Source: Akkermansiaceae bacterium
GTDB taxonomy: Bacteria; Verrucomicrobiota; Verrucomicrobiia; Verrucomicrobiales; Akkermansiaceae
Direction: 5' to 3'
Length of the DNA: 64,000 nucleotides
Assembly: GCA_031372635.1 (NCBI GenBank)
Contig: JANMLQ010000081.1
Span: forward strand, 10,743 to 74,742
Made by a program: the position numbers and the translations under genes. The first letter of the stretch is position 1, and the number at the start of each line of letters is the position of its first letter. This document shows positions 36,956 to 46,413 of the stretch, one piece after another. Below the pieces are notes generated by a model. The model was not told the origin of the DNA and did not search any database. It saw nothing but the letters and a program-made list of their open reading frames with translations.

Positions 36956-37858
36956 ATGCGCGTTCACGAAGACACTCCAGACATGTTCTATGGCACGGCC
37001 TTTCAGTCCGTGCGCCCTTTTAAAACGCAGCTCTTGAAGTGGATCGGAAACAAACAGCGGTTTGCCCATGAGATTGCATCCTACTTTCCGACGGACATTC
37101 GTGTGTATCGTGAACCATTCATTGGAAGTGGAGCGATTTTGGCGGCGCTCCAGCCGACTACCGCAGTCGCATCCGACTTGTTTCGACCTTTAATCGAGAT
37201 TTGGAAGACTCTGCACGACGATCCGAAATTATTGATTTCGTGGTATCGAGAGCGGTTTGAATGCTACCACGAAAATGGTGGTGTCGAAGGTTATAATTTG
37301 ATCTTGAACTCCTACAACGCTTCACCAAACGGGGCGGATTTGCTGTTTCTTTGTCGGAGCTGCTATGGCGGTGTTGTGCGGTTCAGAAAAGCGGATGGAT
37401 TCATGTCCACGCCTTGTGGTGTGCATGCTCCGATTTCCCCCACTTCATTTGCGGAGCGAGTGGAAATTTGGCGCAGGAGAACACTTGGGGCGGAATTTCG
37501 ATGCTGCGACTTTTCCGAGTCATTCCGTGATGCCTCTTCCGGGGATTTAATCTACTGCGATCCGCCGTACGCTGATAGCCAAGCGATCCTTTACGGTGGC
37601 CAGAATTTCTCGCTCAAGCGCCTTTTTGATGAGATTGCCACAGCTAAAGATCGTGGAGTAAGGGTGGCTCTGAGCATTGATGGCACGAAGAAGTCGGGAG
37701 GTAAGATTTGTGAATTGGATATTCCAGAGGGTTTATTTGAGGTTGAAGCCTATGTGAATTGCGGACGTTCAATGCTACGGCGTTTTCAGCGTGGAGGTGA
37801 AACGCTGGAGGATGAACTGGTAAGTGACCGACTTCTCCTGACTTACACCAAGATCTGA
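36956..37858 (+). CDS. Dam-class (D12, alpha-group) N6-adenine DNA methyltransferase
   Basis: LLKWIGNKQR and EPFIGSGA (AdoMet binding), and catalytic YCDPPY. Start could be ATG 36983. Confidence 0.88.
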   Translation: MRVHEDTPDMFYGTAFQSVRPFKTQLLKWIGNKQRFAHEIASYFPTDIRVYREPFIGSGAILAALQPTTAVASDLFRPLIEIWKTLHDDPKLLISWYRERFECYHENGGVEGYNLILNSYNASPNGADLLFLCRSCYGGVVRFRKADGFMSTPCGVHAPISPTSFAERVEIWRRRTLGAEFRCCDFSESFRDASSGDLIYCDPPYADSQAILYGGQNFSLKRLFDEIATAKDRGVRVALSIDGTKKSGGKICELDIPEGLFEVEAYVNCGRSMLRRFQRGGETLEDELVSDRLLLTYTKI

Positions 37859-37881
37859 CAAGACGATTGGCGTGCCGCCCA

Positions 37882-39093
37882 TCACCCGGCATCAGGGAAG
37901 TCCTGCGCGAAGTTTGCGACGTCTTGAAGTAGTCGTGCGTTGGGAGCGGCGCGGAGGACCATGCCGTCGAGGTACATGAGGCTTTTGATGAAGGGGAACG
38001 CGCCGCGCGGGAAGGTGATGCCGGAGTGGACGGCGAGTTTTACGGTGCGCATCATCTGATCGGTGAGGCTGGTTTCGGAAACGGTCTTGCCTGCGAAGTC
38101 TTGATAGAGGGCGGCGAAGTCGGAGTGGAAGGCGGCGAGACGCTCTGGCGGGAGCGGTTTCAGCGAGAGGGCGGCGAGTTCGTCGGCGGCGGGCTGGAAC
38201 TGGCCTTGGCCTAACAGGACGAGCATGCGGAAGATGCCGCGTCCGAAGGCGGGTGGGACGGATTCGATGTTGGCGTTGTCGAGAAACCAGAATTCGCCGT
38301 CTTTCCAGATGATGTTGCCGGGGTGGAGGTCGCCGTGGAATTCGCCGCGCACGAAGAGGAAGTAGCCGTGGATGCGGAATAGATCGAGCAGGGCGGAGTA
38401 GGGGAGATCGCCGGCGGCGAGCCATTCGTTGAGGGTGCGGCCTTCGACGAAACTGCTGACGAGCAGGCGTTCGCTGCTGTGCTCGGGGAAGAACTCCGGG
38501 AAGCGGAGCTTGCGAAGGTGCGGCAGTGAGTCCGCTTGTTCTGCGGCGAGGGCGGCGAGGCGTGCGGTGCCGGTGATCTCGCAGCGGAAGTCCATTTCGC
38601 GCAGCGTCTGGCGCTCCACGGTCTCAAGCGCGTCGATGGGATCGGCGAGGCGTTCGAGTTTCGGATAGAAAAAAAGTGCGAGCTTGAGCATCGAGCGGAA
38701 CTTGGCGACATCGCGCAGGAAGGACTCGCGGGTTTCGCGTTTGGCGAGCTTGATGACGACCTTGCGCCCATCCTTGAGCGTGGCGCGGTGGACCTGGCCG
38801 AGTGATGCGGCGGCGAGTGGTGGTTGTTCGAGTGCGCCGAGTTCCTGTTGAAGTGCGGGTGATGCGAGTTCGTTCCAGCGTTTTTGGAATTCCTCGGGTG
38901 TGAGGGGTTTTGTGCGTTGGAGGAGGTGTGAGAGTTCGAGGCACTTTTCTTTACCTAGCAGATCCGAGCGCACGGCATACATCTGGGCGATCTTCACGGC
39001 GAGCAATCCCATGCGCTCGATGGCGGCCGCATCCACCGCCGCCCGGGAGGAGAGGATGCTACGGAACAGACGGATGAAATCGAGCGGGGTCAT
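37882..39093 (-). CDS. ABC1/UbiB-family atypical kinase
   Basis: AAASLGQVHRATLKDGRKVVIKL, HGDLHPGNIIW, and the overall AarF/ABC1 layout. Confidence 0.88.
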   Translation of the reverse strand: MTPLDFIRLFRSILSSRAAVDAAAIERMGLLAVKIAQMYAVRSDLLGKEKCLELSHLLQRTKPLTPEEFQKRWNELASPALQQELGALEQPPLAAASLGQVHRATLKDGRKVVIKLAKRETRESFLRDVAKFRSMLKLALFFYPKLERLADPIDALETVERQTLREMDFRCEITGTARLAALAAEQADSLPHLRKLRFPEFFPEHSSERLLVSSFVEGRTLNEWLAAGDLPYSALLDLFRIHGYFLFVRGEFHGDLHPGNIIWKDGEFWFLDNANIESVPPAFGRGIFRMLVLLGQGQFQPAADELAALSLKPLPPERLAAFHSDFAALYQDFAGKTVSETSLTDQMMRTVKLAVHSGITFPRGAFPFIKSLMYLDGMVLRAAPNARLLQDVANFAQDFPDAG

Positions 39094-39110
39094 GTAGATA
39101 TGAAGATTTC

Positions 39111-39192
39111 AACCGCAGATGGACGCGGATTCACGCAGATGGAAGAGAAGAGGCTGTGTTTTTATCTTTCTTAATCACGTCCATCTGCGGTT
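39111..39192. repeat. AACCGC-terminated inverted-repeat element filling the ubiB-like/crtI-like spacer
   Basis: AACCGCAGATGGACG (39111-39125) is perfectly complementary to CGTCCATCTGCGGTT (39178-39192). The left arm continues with the sub-repeat CGGATTCACGCAGATGGAAG. Confidence 0.7.
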
Positions 39193-39209
39193 CATTTATT
39201 TTTTCGGAC

Positions 39210-40739
39210 TCATGCATCGCGCAGGTATTCGGAGGCGAGATCGACGGCTTGATAGGGCATGCCGAATTGCTCGCAGACGAGGTTGGCGCTGATGCGGCCG
39301 GATTCGTAGATGGTGGGCAAGCCGCTGCCGGGGTGGGTGCCGCCGCCGACGAGGTAGCAGTTTTCGTAACCTTGATAGCGGTTGTGTGGGCGCATGTAGA
39401 GCATCTGGCCGAGGGTGTGGGAGAGATTGAAGGTAGCTCCAAGGAAGATCGAGTTCGCTTCCCAGTCCGCCGGGGTGACGATGCGTTTCGTGACGATGCG
39501 GCTGCGCAGATCCTTCATGCCGGTACGCTGCTCGATGCGGCGCAGAACCTTGTCGGCGTATTCCTCTTTGTGGTTTTCCCAATCGAAGCCGTGGCGCGTA
39601 TTGATGGTGGGGACGAGCACGTAGAGCCCGGATTTCCCCGCCGGGGCGACGTGGGGATCGGTGATGCTGGAGTTCCGCACGTAGATGGACATGTCTTCGG
39701 AAACGCGGCGCTCGCTCTGGATGTCGGCGACGTTGGCGCGGTAGTCGTTTGCAAAGAGGATGTGGTGGTGTGGCTCGTCTGGATAGATCGTGTCGAGTCC
39801 GAGGTAGAGCATGAAGGTGGAGCAGGAGAACTTTTTGCGGCGCATGGCGTCCTCGGATTTGTTATTCGCGCCGAAGAGTCGGGTGGCGGCGTGGCCGTAG
39901 TCGGCATTGACGATGACGGCGTCCGCGTGGATGCGCTCGCCGTTCTCAAGTTCCGCTCCGGTGAGGGTGCGGCTGCTGCCTAACAGTTGCTTGACGGGTG
40001 AGGCGAGCCGCAGTTCGCCGCCGAGTTTTCCGAACTCCGCAGCCATGGCGTGCGAGATGCGGTTCAGCCCGCCCTGGACGTGATAGACACCGTAACGGTA
40101 CTCGGTGAAGGAGAGGATGCTAAAGAGCGCGGGGCAGTGCCACGGTGACATGCCGAGGTATTTCGCCTGGAAGGTGAAGGCGAGCTTGAGCCGCTCTTCG
40201 TCGAAGTAGTCACCGAGCACATCATGCACGCTGCGAGTAGTGAGAACGTAGGGCAGTGCCTTGAGCAGGCTGGGGCGCATGTAGGAGGCGAGCTTGTGAT
40301 AGGGCCGCTGGAGGCAGGGGTAAATGGTGCGGAATTTTTCCGCGTGCTCCTTCATGTATCGGCGGAAACCTTCGCTGCTGCCGGGAAACACTCGCTCGAT
40401 CTCACCGGCCATTTTTTCCGTGTTGCTGTAGGTGTGCAACGAGGCGTCGTCCCACGAGAGGCGCGTCATCGGATTGAGATCGACGAACTCAAGGTGATCC
40501 TCGCTCCTGCCGCCGGTCTCTGCGAAAATTTCATCGAGACAGAATTTCTGATGGAGAAATGTCGGCCCGAGATCGAACGAGTAACCATCGAGCTTGAGTT
40601 CCGAATTGCGCCCGCCGACGCGGTCTTCCTTTTCAACAATCGTGACGCGGAATCCGCGGTGGGCGAGCAGCATTCCGGCGGTGAGGCCACCAGGGCCAGC
40701 GCCGACGATGAGGATGTGTTTCTTGTTTCCAGCGGGCAT
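39210..40739 (-). CDS. phytoene desaturase (CrtI/CrtD) family FAD-dependent oxidoreductase
   Basis: ILIVGAGPGGLTAG...VEKEDRVGGR dinucleotide fold and C-terminal GGGTHPGSGLP motif. Confidence 0.85.
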   Translation of the reverse strand: MPAGNKKHILIVGAGPGGLTAGMLLAHRGFRVTIVEKEDRVGGRNSELKLDGYSFDLGPTFLHQKFCLDEIFAETGGRSEDHLEFVDLNPMTRLSWDDASLHTYSNTEKMAGEIERVFPGSSEGFRRYMKEHAEKFRTIYPCLQRPYHKLASYMRPSLLKALPYVLTTRSVHDVLGDYFDEERLKLAFTFQAKYLGMSPWHCPALFSILSFTEYRYGVYHVQGGLNRISHAMAAEFGKLGGELRLASPVKQLLGSSRTLTGAELENGERIHADAVIVNADYGHAATRLFGANNKSEDAMRRKKFSCSTFMLYLGLDTIYPDEPHHHILFANDYRANVADIQSERRVSEDMSIYVRNSSITDPHVAPAGKSGLYVLVPTINTRHGFDWENHKEEYADKVLRRIEQRTGMKDLRSRIVTKRIVTPADWEANSIFLGATFNLSHTLGQMLYMRPHNRYQGYENCYLVGGGTHPGSGLPTIYESGRISANLVCEQFGMPYQAVDLASEYLRDA

Positions 40740-40919
40740 GTATCAGCGAATTTTGCGCGATCGTAAGTGCTTCCCGTGGGAATGCAAACACGCGCCGCGA
40801 TTTTCCCTCCGACACGCCGCCATGGCTGAAATCCCCGGCAAACGGAAATTTCCGGTGGACAATCCGCACGGCGGACGGTAGCAAACCCGCCCCGCCGGGG
40901 TCTTGTCCCCGGTGAATCC

Positions 40920-40994
<75 letters not shown>

Positions 40995-41082
40995 GATTCA
41001 ATACGGGAAAAGCCGGGTGCGTTCGACTTGCCGGAGTTGAAAAGACTTCTGCGGCGGCGTGCCGTGCTCTTGAATCCGCGTC

Positions 41083-43689
41083 ATGAAATTGCCGCGCTTG
41101 CTGCTGCTGATTCTCGCATTCCTGTCATTCGTTTCCCCGGATGCTCATTCGGAAACCGCCAGTCCACGGCAGCGGGATTGTTTCGATGACGGGTGGATGT
41201 TTATCAAAGGCGACGTGATAGGCGCGGAAGCACCGGCCTTCGATGTCACGGCATGGCGCCCGCTCGATCTGCCGCATGATTTCGGAGTCGAAGGTCCGTT
41301 CGACGCGAAGGCCACCAGTGCGGCACCGGGCGGCTACTTGCCGGGCGGGATTGGCTGTTATCGGAAAACTTTCCGCCTCCCCGCAGGCACGCAAGGCCGC
41401 AAGGTGTTCATCGAGTTCGATGGCGCATACATGAACAGCGAGGTCTGGATCAACGGCCACCACCTCGGCAAGCGGCCATATGGTTACCTCGGCTTTGAAT
41501 ACGATCTCACTCCGCATCTCGACCTTGCCGCAGACAACATCATCGCCGTGCGCGTGGATAACTCGATGCTGCCTTCCGCGCGTTGGTTCAGCGGCACTGG
41601 CATCTATCGCCATGTGTGGATGAAGATCACCGATCCCATCCGCGTCGCGCAATGGGGCACTTATGTGACCACTCCGGATGTCACCGAAGCTGCGGCGAAG
41701 ATCAAGGTGCAGACCACCATCTTGAATGACTTGCCGAGCGATCAGGAAGTGACGGTCATTCAGGAAATCCTGACTGCGGATGGAAAGGTCGTTGCTGAAA
41801 CAAAGAGCACGATCGCAGTGAAGGGGGGCGGGGAAATGATCGCCACGCAGGCACTCGATCTCGTTAAGCCAGCGCGTTGGTCACCGGAGAAACCCAATCT
41901 CCACACCGTGCGCACCACGCTGAAAAGCGGCACGCAACTGCGTGACACCTATCAGACTCCGCTTGGCATCCGCACGATTCGTTTCGATGTGAAGGAAGGT
42001 CTCCTCGTCAACGACGTGAGCACGAAGATGAAAGGCGTTTGCAATCACCAGGATCTCGGCCCGCTCGGCTCCGCGTTGTGGGACCAGGCGCTCGAGCGCC
42101 GCATGAAAATGCTCAAGGAAATGGGCTGCAACGCCATCCGCACCTCGCACTATCCGCAATCGCCAGAGCTGATGGCGCTTTGTGACAAGATGGGTTTCCT
42201 CGTCATTGATGAAACCTTCGACGAATGGCGGCGCGGCTGGGACTTCGAGGGTAAGACGCTTGTTTCCAGCAAAAAAAACAAGGGCAAGGCTCCCTTCGGC
42301 TACAACAAGTACTTCGAAGAATGGCATGAGCGCGATCTAACCGATCACATGAAACGCGACCGCAATCACCCGTGCGTCATCATGTGGAGCGTCGGCAACG
42401 AAGTGCCGGAGTCCGTGAAGAACGGTGAGATTGAAACCGTGAAAACTCTTCGCGAGATCTGCCACAGGATCGACCCAACGCGTCCCGTCACCGTGGGCTG
42501 CAACTTCATCAAGAGCGCCAACGAAACCGGATTCACCGATCAACTCGACATCGTCGGCTACAACGAAGGCGTCGAATCCGTGTTTGAGATCGAGGGCGAC
42601 CTCACGCGCTATCCGCAGCGGCTGATGTATCTTTCCGAGGTTCCCCACTCGCTGCAAACGCGCGGCGAATACCGCACGCATCCGCGCTATTACCGCCCGG
42701 GCTTCGAGCATCCGAAGCTCACGGAGAAGGAAGCGTTTCCCGAAACCGACGCCTACTACGAATCGTCTTACGACAACGCCGGCGTGCAGATCGACGCGCG
42801 GCGTTCATGGCGCATGACGAGCACGATGCCGCGCATCATGGGCGAGTTCCGTTGGACCGGCTTCGACTACATCGGCGAGTCCGGCGGCTGGCCGCGCGTG
42901 CTTGGCAACTACGGCATCATCGACCTCTGTAATTTTCCGAAGGACCACTACTTTTTCTATCAGAGCCGTTGGACGAAGAAGCCGATGGTCCACATCCTCC
43001 CGCATTGGACGTGGCCCGGCAAAGAAGGCACTGCCATCCCGGTGTGGTGCTACACCAACTGCGATGAAGCCGAGCTTTTCCTCAACGACAAGTCGCTCGG
43101 CACCCGCAAGTTTGATGCGAAGAATGACATGCACCTCGAATGGCTCGTGCCCTATCAGCCCGGCGAGTTGAAAGTCATCGCGCGAAAGGACGGCAAGGTG
43201 GCTGCCACCATGAGTCATCACACCGCAGGCGCGGCTGCGAAAGTTTCCATTTCCACCGATCAATCCGCGCTCGATCCTGCGAAACGCGATCTTTCCTACA
43301 TGACCATCCGCGTGGAGGACGAACACGGAAACTTCGCACCCAAAGCCGCGAAGTGGGTGAACATCCAGATCGAAGGCCCGGGCCGCCTCGTCGGCTCCGG
43401 CAGCGGCGATCCGCTCGCTCAAACTCCGTTCCAGGCCAACACCATCCGCACCTTCAACGGCCTCGGCCTCGCCATCATCGCCGCCACCACCGGCCCCGAT
43501 CCAGAAATCCGCCAAGGCGGCACTCGCAAGCCCGGCGAGATCATTGTGCGCGTGAATTGCAAAGGCATGGAATCCACCGAGCTACGCCTGACCCGCACCG
43601 GCGACGGCACGGTGAAAACCACCACCGCCCCAGCATCATCGACCGGCCCCGCCGCCGATGGAGTGGACGGACTGCCATCGGCGAAGTGA
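41083..43689 (+). CDS. glycoside hydrolase family 2 (beta-galactosidase/glucuronidase-like), secreted
   Basis: Signal peptide, FDDGWMF...WRPLDLPHDF sugar-binding domain, NAIRTSHYP, and NHPCVIMWSVGNE catalytic region. Confidence 0.9.
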   Translation: MKLPRLLLLILAFLSFVSPDAHSETASPRQRDCFDDGWMFIKGDVIGAEAPAFDVTAWRPLDLPHDFGVEGPFDAKATSAAPGGYLPGGIGCYRKTFRLPAGTQGRKVFIEFDGAYMNSEVWINGHHLGKRPYGYLGFEYDLTPHLDLAADNIIAVRVDNSMLPSARWFSGTGIYRHVWMKITDPIRVAQWGTYVTTPDVTEAAAKIKVQTTILNDLPSDQEVTVIQEILTADGKVVAETKSTIAVKGGGEMIATQALDLVKPARWSPEKPNLHTVRTTLKSGTQLRDTYQTPLGIRTIRFDVKEGLLVNDVSTKMKGVCNHQDLGPLGSALWDQALERRMKMLKEMGCNAIRTSHYPQSPELMALCDKMGFLVIDETFDEWRRGWDFEGKTLVSSKKNKGKAPFGYNKYFEEWHERDLTDHMKRDRNHPCVIMWSVGNEVPESVKNGEIETVKTLREICHRIDPTRPVTVGCNFIKSANETGFTDQLDIVGYNEGVESVFEIEGDLTRYPQRLMYLSEVPHSLQTRGEYRTHPRYYRPGFEHPKLTEKEAFPETDAYYESSYDNAGVQIDARRSWRMTSTMPRIMGEFRWTGFDYIGESGGWPRVLGNYGIIDLCNFPKDHYFFYQSRWTKKPMVHILPHWTWPGKEGTAIPVWCYTNCDEAELFLNDKSLGTRKFDAKNDMHLEWLVPYQPGELKVIARKDGKVAATMSHHTAGAAAKVSISTDQSALDPAKRDLSYMTIRVEDEHGNFAPKAAKWVNIQIEGPGRLVGSGSGDPLAQTPFQANTIRTFNGLGLAIIAATTGPDPEIRQGGTRKPGEIIVRVNCKGMESTELRLTRTGDGTVKTTTAPASSTGPAADGVDGLPSAK

Positions 43690-43756
43690 GATGATGTTTC
43701 ATGATTATGGCAGCTATTCGGAAAGTTTCCGCCTGCGGTCTGCGTTAAGGCATCCG

Positions 43757-45541
43757 ATGAAAACCATCACCACCATATTCATTGCCACTCTCGTCGCGCT
43801 TCCCGCCATCGCTTCTGCTGAGGAAAAATCCGATACACGCCCGAAGCTACAGATCATTAACGGCAGCGATCAAAGCTGCGAAGTGTTCTGGCTGAAGTCC
43901 GCCAGCGAGCGGATTTCTAACGGCTCGATCGAACCCGGACAGGACCAGGTCATCACCACCTCACTTGGCCATCGTTTTGAAATCACAGGCGGTGAAACCA
44001 AAACCTCCATCACAGTCGCCAGTGAAGTGCCCGTGCAGGCCGTGCGTTTCGATCCGAAGGGCGGCGATGGCATTCCGGCCTTCTATGCGCAGCGTGTCCA
44101 TGCGAACGGATTTCCCATCGTCGCCTCTGAAAAGGTAAATCCCTACGCGCTCAAGGAGGCGACGTTTCTCGTGGACATGATGCTCGCGAAACGCCCGGAC
44201 GTGCGCAAGGCGATGATCCAGAGCGGCGCGCGCATGTGCGTGATGGCTCACAACGAATACACCACCGATCTGCCGGAGTTCGTGCGCATGGCGGAGCATA
44301 AGGTGGATGAATGTCCGCACCTCAACGCGAAGGATTACTGGGATGCCCGCGCGCGCGGACTCGGTGGCAGCGAGCGAGATCCGCTTTGCACCGTGGCCGA
44401 GGAAAACGTGCTCGCATTTCCCGGCGATCCTTATGAGAAGGAAAACATCCTCATCCACGAATTCGCGCACAACATCCACCTGCGCGGCATGCTCAATGTG
44501 GACTCCACCTTCGACACGCGACTGAAGGCCACCTACGACGCCGCCATGAAGGCAGGTCTCTGGAAAGGCAAATACGCCGCAGTGAACCATTACGAATACT
44601 TCGCGGAAGGCGTGCAATCGTGGTTCGATGACAACCGCGTCAACGATCACGATCACAACCACGTCCATCTCCGCTCTCAGTTGTTAGAATACGATCCCGG
44701 CCTAGCCGCGATGTGCCGCGAAGTCTTCGGTGATACGACGCTCAAATACACCAAGCCCACCACGCGCCTCACCGGTCACATGGCGGGCTACGATCCATCG
44801 AAGGCCCCCACCTTCGTCTGGCCGGAACGCTTGCAAAAAGCCAAAGCCGACATCAGGGAAATGGCGGTGGCACGCGACAAAACCGCCAACGGCGACGGCA
44901 AGCGCGAGATCCGCAACGTCATGGGCTGGTCCATCCACATCCGCCGCGAACTGCTGTCCGATGAAGCCGCAGCCACTGCGAAAGCGCTCGAACTCATCAA
45001 GGTGCAGCTTGAGGAAATCATCCGCGTCGTGCCCAAAGCCGCCGTGGTCGAGTTGCAGAAAGTGCCACTCTATTTTTCACCCGAGTATCCGGGCATCCGT
45101 TCCTCCGCCGAGTATCACCCCGGTGCTTCATGGCTCGCCGACAACGGCCGCGATCCCGTCATGGCCAAGGGCGTCGAGTTCACCAACATCCGCGTCTTCG
45201 AAGCAGACACCCGGCGCATGCCAAACTTCGCACTGCACGAACTCGCCCACGCCTACCACGACCGCTTTCTGCCCGAGTCTCACAACAACCCCGCGATCAA
45301 GGTCGCCTACGATGCAGCGAAAGCCGCCGGCATCTATGAAAAAGTCGAGCGCCAGGACGCCGATGGCAGTAAGCGCATGGACCGCGCCTACGCCCTGACC
45401 AACCCCGCCGAATACTTCGCGGAAACCACCGAAGCCTACTTCACCCGCAACGACTTCTTCCCCTACACCAACGACCAACTCAAGAAACACGACCCCGGCA
45501 TGTATGTGTTGTTAGAAAAACTCTGGGGAATCGGCGGGTGA
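43757..45541 (+). CDS. secreted protein with two tandem HExxH...EYFAE metallopeptidase-like modules
   Basis: ORF trimmed to ATG 43757 (signal peptide MKTITTIFIATLVALPAIASA). Module 1: LIHEFAHNIH...YDAAMKAGLW...NHYEYFAEGVQSWF. Module 2: ALHELAHAYH...YDAAKAAGIY...NPAEYFAETTEAYF. Confidence 0.7.
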   Translation: MKTITTIFIATLVALPAIASAEEKSDTRPKLQIINGSDQSCEVFWLKSASERISNGSIEPGQDQVITTSLGHRFEITGGETKTSITVASEVPVQAVRFDPKGGDGIPAFYAQRVHANGFPIVASEKVNPYALKEATFLVDMMLAKRPDVRKAMIQSGARMCVMAHNEYTTDLPEFVRMAEHKVDECPHLNAKDYWDARARGLGGSERDPLCTVAEENVLAFPGDPYEKENILIHEFAHNIHLRGMLNVDSTFDTRLKATYDAAMKAGLWKGKYAAVNHYEYFAEGVQSWFDDNRVNDHDHNHVHLRSQLLEYDPGLAAMCREVFGDTTLKYTKPTTRLTGHMAGYDPSKAPTFVWPERLQKAKADIREMAVARDKTANGDGKREIRNVMGWSIHIRRELLSDEAAATAKALELIKVQLEEIIRVVPKAAVVELQKVPLYFSPEYPGIRSSAEYHPGASWLADNGRDPVMAKGVEFTNIRVFEADTRRMPNFALHELAHAYHDRFLPESHNNPAIKVAYDAAKAAGIYEKVERQDADGSKRMDRAYALTNPAEYFAETTEAYFTRNDFFPYTNDQLKKHDPGMYVLLEKLWGIGG

Positions 45542-45614
45542 ATAACAGGACGGCACCTTGGACTGCGGCGAGCATCGCCGCTTTGAGGGATGACGATGGC
45601 GTTCTCTTGGTAGC

Positions 45615-46016
45615 TTGAAATTTCCTCGCATGCATGGATGCGGGCGGTCTTCGCGATTGCCAGTGCGCGATGTCTTGAAGGGCAAGCTCTCCGTTTCTCC
45701 CGAAAATTATGAGAAGAACCTTGAGGAGCTGGACGTGCGGATGAAAACCACCGGAGCGAAATTGATCTGGGCGAGCACCACCGTGGTGCCAGAGGGAGAG
45801 GTCGGGCGCATTGTCGGCGATGACCTCAGATACAACGCCATCGCCACACGCTTGATGCAGCGCCACGGCATTGCGACGGATGATTTGCACGCCTTGTCGA
45901 AAAGCTTCGCAGGCAAATACTCCACCAAGGCGGGCGATGTGCATTTCACTCCAGAGGGCAGCGCCATGCTCGCCGCGCAGGTGGTGAAGGAAATCGAGGC
46001 CGCATTGAAAAAGTAG
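45615..46016 (+). pseudogene. C-terminal remnant of an SGNH/GDSL hydrolase
   Basis: TGAKLIWASTTVVP and the block V-like GDVHFTPEG are present. The N-terminal GDS block is absent, and only about 70 nt separate this ORF from the upstream gene. Confidence 0.5.
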
Positions 46017-46139
46017 GCTCGTTCGTTAGAACGAGGAGATTGGACTTCGGCAGACCGGAAGATCGCATTCTCACGAATGCGCCTACGCCCGTGAGGGCGC
46101 ACGGAGCGGAAGGCGCGGGCAAGGCTCTCCTTGTAAAAT

Positions 46140-46313
46140 GGGGAGCACACGCGCCACCGCGTGTCGAATGAGACGCCCTCGTCTCATTCAGGCGGACAGT
46201 TTCATGAGCTTTCGGATACATGACGACCAAGCCGCAGTGGTAATCCAATGATTCGACACGCAAGTTTTCGACGAGGGCGTCGAAAACAACACGCGAGGGC
46301 GCATGTGCTCCCC
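46140..46313. repeat. 44-bp imperfect inverted repeat pair (GGGGAGCACAYGCGCC...) with ~86-bp spacer
   Basis: 46140-46183 (GGGGAGCACACGCGCCACCGCGTGTCGAATGAGACGCCCTCGTC) against the reverse complement of 46270-46313 (GGGGAGCACATGCGCCCTCGCGTGTTGTTTTCGACGCCCTCGTC). Each arm has its own small internal hairpin. Confidence 0.8.
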
Positions 46314-46413
46314 ACACTATGCCGGGCTCGCTTTGGAAATCCTCTTGCCAATCCGGCGGGGGATGGGTAGCCACTCGCCCCCAGCCGCCGTGACGTGCAG
46401 CTCTTCCGTTTTT

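Noticed and set aside
39156-39983. 275-aa plus-strand ORF opposite the CrtI-family gene
   Set aside because: Shadow ORF. The minus strand carries the FAD-binding GxGxxG fold and the C-terminal CrtI motif.
45946-46374. 142-aa minus-strand ORF
   Set aside because: It is a read-through of both arms of the GGGGAGCAC inverted repeat and of the SGNH remnant's 3' end. It has no coding signature.
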